Part shown: piece by piece, positions 61,253-64,000 of the stretch
Layout: every line of letters starts with the position of its first letter
Numbering within the stretch: the stretch's first letter is position 1
Assembly: GCA_038231455.1 (NCBI GenBank)
Contig: JBBRLI010000007.1
Coordinates: 32,001-96,000, forward strand
Direction: 5' to 3'
Length of the DNA stretch: 64,000 nucleotides
Origin: Vulcanimicrobiales bacterium
GTDB lineage: Bacteria > Vulcanimicrobiota > Vulcanimicrobiia > Vulcanimicrobiales > Vulcanimicrobiaceae
Translations under genes and position numbers: made by a program
The notes under the pieces: generated by a model
Told to the model about the DNA's origin: nothing
The model's database searches: none
Seen by the model: the letters and a program-made list of their open reading frames with translations, nothing else

Positions 61253-61786
61253 AGATGAACGGCCCGCTTTGCTCCGCTTCTCGCAGTGTTCGCAGAAATT
61301 CGGGTACTTGTTATCGGTGTCGTAGATCGAATTCGAGAAATACATCGCACAGCGGGCATTGAAGCAGTGCTTGAGGCCGAGCGCGTGTCCGAGTTCATGG
61401 ACCGACTCTTTGAGCAGCCGCTGGAAGAGCATGTTCTCATCCGGCGGCTCGCCGTAGAACTCAGAACGCAGGCGATGGGTCGAGACAACCGCGCAGCGCT
61501 GCGCCTCGCTCGAACTCCCAAAGATGAAGTGCTGCGAGGTCTTGTAGAGATCGTACTCGGTGATCCCCAAGACGAACTCATCGACGCGGTCGTGGACCGA
61601 CGTAAGTTTCCCGACGACCGAGCCGAAGAAAAGCTGGTTGCGCGCGCTGTTGAGGGCCGTCTTCGGAATTCGCAGCGGGACGCGAACGAGCGCCGTTGAG
61701 AGGAAGCGTTCTTCCAGACAGAGCGCAAGCCGGGTGAGCAGGGCCGGATCGATCGTATTGATCGGGACGATGCTGATCTCGCTCAC
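61250..61786 (-). CDS. Archaemetzincin-family Zn metalloprotease
   Basis: VLGIT..DLY....FIFG, VVS..RLR.EFYG, KESVHELGHALGLKHC....CAMYFSNS..DTD.K...FC..C. Confidence 0.92.
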   Translation of the reverse strand: MSEISIVPINTIDPALLTRLALCLEERFLSTALVRVPLRIPKTALNSARNQLFFGSVVGKLTSVHDRVDEFVLGITEYDLYKTSQHFIFGSSSEAQRCAVVSTHRLRSEFYGEPPDENMLFQRLLKESVHELGHALGLKHCFNARCAMYFSNSIYDTDNKYPNFCEHCEKRSKAGRSS

Positions 61787-61846
61787 GCAAATCGCGTTCG
61801 CCCGAGCGCGGAAACGGTCCTGGGGATGGATGCGCGGAACGCCCGA

Positions 61847-62212
61847 ATGATGATCCTCGGACTTGGAATCGATCTTGCTGAAGTCGAGCGCTATCGCTTC
61901 GATGAAGCCGCACGCGAACGGTTCGCGCGCAAAGTCTACACCCCCGAAGAGTGGGCTTACGCGATGCGCAAGCGCCACTGGCCCGAACGCCTCGCCGGAT
62001 TCTATGCCGCCAAAGAGGCCACGCGCAAAGCGTTCGGCCATGCGATCCCGTGGCGCTTGGTCGGCGTGACGCACGAAGCATCGGGGAAACCGACGATCGT
62101 GCTTTTGGGCAAGGCCGAACGTCTCATTGCGGCGCGCGGCGTGAAGTCGATTCACCTCACGATCACGCACACGGCACAGACGGCCGCGGCCGTCGTCGTC
62201 CTCGAAGGCTGA
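61847..62212 (+). CDS. acpS: Holo-[acyl-carrier-protein] synthase
   Basis: GLGIDL.EV.R, AG.YAAKEA..KA.G, GKP, IHLTITH. Confidence 0.9.
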   Translation: MMILGLGIDLAEVERYRFDEAARERFARKVYTPEEWAYAMRKRHWPERLAGFYAAKEATRKAFGHAIPWRLVGVTHEASGKPTIVLLGKAERLIAARGVKSIHLTITHTAQTAAAVVVLEG

Positions 62213-63741
62213 TGCGCGTTCTCGATGCCGCGCAGATGCGCGCGCTCGATGCCGCATCGGTCGCGAAGCTCGGCGAAATCGCGCTGATGCGCGCGGCCGG
62301 GGATGCGATCGCAACGGTGATCCCGCGTTACGCGCGACCGGGGACAGTAGTCGCCTTTGCCGGCGGCGGCAACAACGGCGGCGATGCATTCTCCGCGCTC
62401 GCAGCGGCCGATCTGAACATGACGCGCACGGTGTACGGCGATGCATCTGAGGCCGATTCGCCCGCGCGTAAAGACGCGATTGCCCGCGCGCGTGCGAGCG
62501 GCGTGCGAATCGAGCCGTTCCCCACCGACCCCGCGCACATCGAGGCGATCTGCCGCAAAGCGGGACTCGTCATCGACGGGCTGCTCGGCGTGAACGCGCG
62601 CGTCCCGCTCGGTGATGACATGGCGCAGATTGTCGCAGCGATCGTGCGTAGTGGCGCGCGCGTGCTCGCGTGCGATATTCCAACCGGCGTCGACCCGTCC
62701 ACGGGCGCGGTCAACGGTCCCGCGATCAAAGCCATCGCGACGATCACATTCGGCGCACCAAAGCTCGGGCTGTATCTCGATCCCGGACGCGGACACGCCG
62801 GGCATGCATATCTCGCCCGCATCGAAATGGCCGATGCCGATATTCCGCCCGGCGACCCCGTCTTCTATGCGCTCGACGATGCGGAATTCTGCGAACTCTT
62901 GCCCGTGCGCGCGGCCACGGCCGACAAACGCAGCGCGGGAGCGCCGCTCATTATTGCGGGGTCCGAGCAATTTCCCGGCGCAGCGATTCTTTGCGCGCGC
63001 GGCGCAGCTCGCGCGGGCGCGGGTTACGTGACGGTCGCAACCACGCAGGCCGCGGCTCCGGCGCTGCGTCTCCATCTCATCGAACAGGTCGTCGTGACGT
63101 ATGACGAGCGCGACCCCGACGCCGCGATCGAAACGCTCCTCGATCTTGGCAACCACTGTTCTTCGATTGCAATCGGCCCCGGCGTTGGACTGAGCGAGGG
63201 GATGGGGAAAATCGTTCGCGGCGTCATCGAAGGAACGACGCTGCCCGTCGTTGCCGATGCGAGCGCGCTTTTCCACTTGAGCAAACAACTCGACAAGCTT
63301 CGTTCGAAGCCGATCGTGATTACGCCGCACGCGGGTGAATTCGCGCGGCTCTCCGGCAAAGGCACGCTCGAAGAACGGGACCGCGTCGCGCGCATCCGCG
63401 ACTTCGTCGACGCGCACGGCGTCACGACACTCCTCAAAGGCCGCACGACACTGATCGCCGAGCGCCATGCAACGCACATCAACCCGACCGGGAGTGCCGT
63501 TCTCGCGACCGCCGGCACGGGAGACGTCTTGACCGGCGTAATCGCAACGCTGCTCTCTCAAGGTCTCTCACCACTCGATGCAGCGCGCATCGGGGCATAC
63601 TGGCACGGACGTGCCGGTCATCTCGCGCACGATGCACGACCGTACGGCGTTATTGCCGGCGACCTCCCCGACATGCTCGCCGCGGCGGCGAAAAACGCCG
63701 ATCACCGGCTCGCCGGCGACCGCATCGAACGGTTGTTTTAG
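62212..63741 (+). CDS. nnr: Bifunctional NAD(P)H-hydrate epimerase/dehydratase
   Basis: GGGNNGGD, DIPTG, GAARAGAG, IGPG, DA.AL, TPHAGEFARL, LATAGTGDVLTG. Confidence 0.94.
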   Translation: MRVLDAAQMRALDAASVAKLGEIALMRAAGDAIATVIPRYARPGTVVAFAGGGNNGGDAFSALAAADLNMTRTVYGDASEADSPARKDAIARARASGVRIEPFPTDPAHIEAICRKAGLVIDGLLGVNARVPLGDDMAQIVAAIVRSGARVLACDIPTGVDPSTGAVNGPAIKAIATITFGAPKLGLYLDPGRGHAGHAYLARIEMADADIPPGDPVFYALDDAEFCELLPVRAATADKRSAGAPLIIAGSEQFPGAAILCARGAARAGAGYVTVATTQAAAPALRLHLIEQVVVTYDERDPDAAIETLLDLGNHCSSIAIGPGVGLSEGMGKIVRGVIEGTTLPVVADASALFHLSKQLDKLRSKPIVITPHAGEFARLSGKGTLEERDRVARIRDFVDAHGVTTLLKGRTTLIAERHATHINPTGSAVLATAGTGDVLTGVIATLLSQGLSPLDAARIGAYWHGRAGHLAHDARPYGVIAGDLPDMLAAAAKNADHRLAGDRIERLF

Positions 63742-63747
63742 GACTCC

Positions 63748-64000
<253 letters not shown>

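Overview
High-GC, gene-dense bacterial chromosome segment with Terrabacteria-type content (whiA, yggS-sepF-divIVA, prsA, yabN/yabO, csaB+DUF5693) plus probable outer-membrane proteins. A diderm Terrabacterium such as Eremiobacterota is plausible, but that is inference only. Most of the window is housekeeping: mfd-prsA-mazG, whiA-gap-pgk-tpiA-gpmI-PNP, lgt/ccdA/two lspA/rluD/tgt, ileS, hom-metX, eno-ndk, birA, acpS-nnr, the 3' end of ligA, and tRNA-Val, -Glu and -Ile2(CAT). Less ordinary items: (1) a ~404-bp palindromic element with internal 33-bp repeats and a mirror-image compositional skew in its flanks; (2) a candidate ~120-nt structured ncRNA with its own promoter, upstream palindromic operator and terminator; (3) an apparently split chemoreceptor (sensor-less MCP plus Cache-domain membrane protein lacking a signalling tip, plus DUF3343); (4) a minimal dispersed flagellar-rod/FliA module whose two rod genes share an identically spaced GTAACAT leaderless promoter; (5) a GvpL/F-family gene coupled to divIVA; (6) a deleted IS1202-like element with a 16-bp target duplication at the tRNA-Ile2 3' end; (7) two frameshifted genes, a Fic pseudogene and a CTG-initiated yabO. 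All family calls come from motif recognition; no database searches were run.
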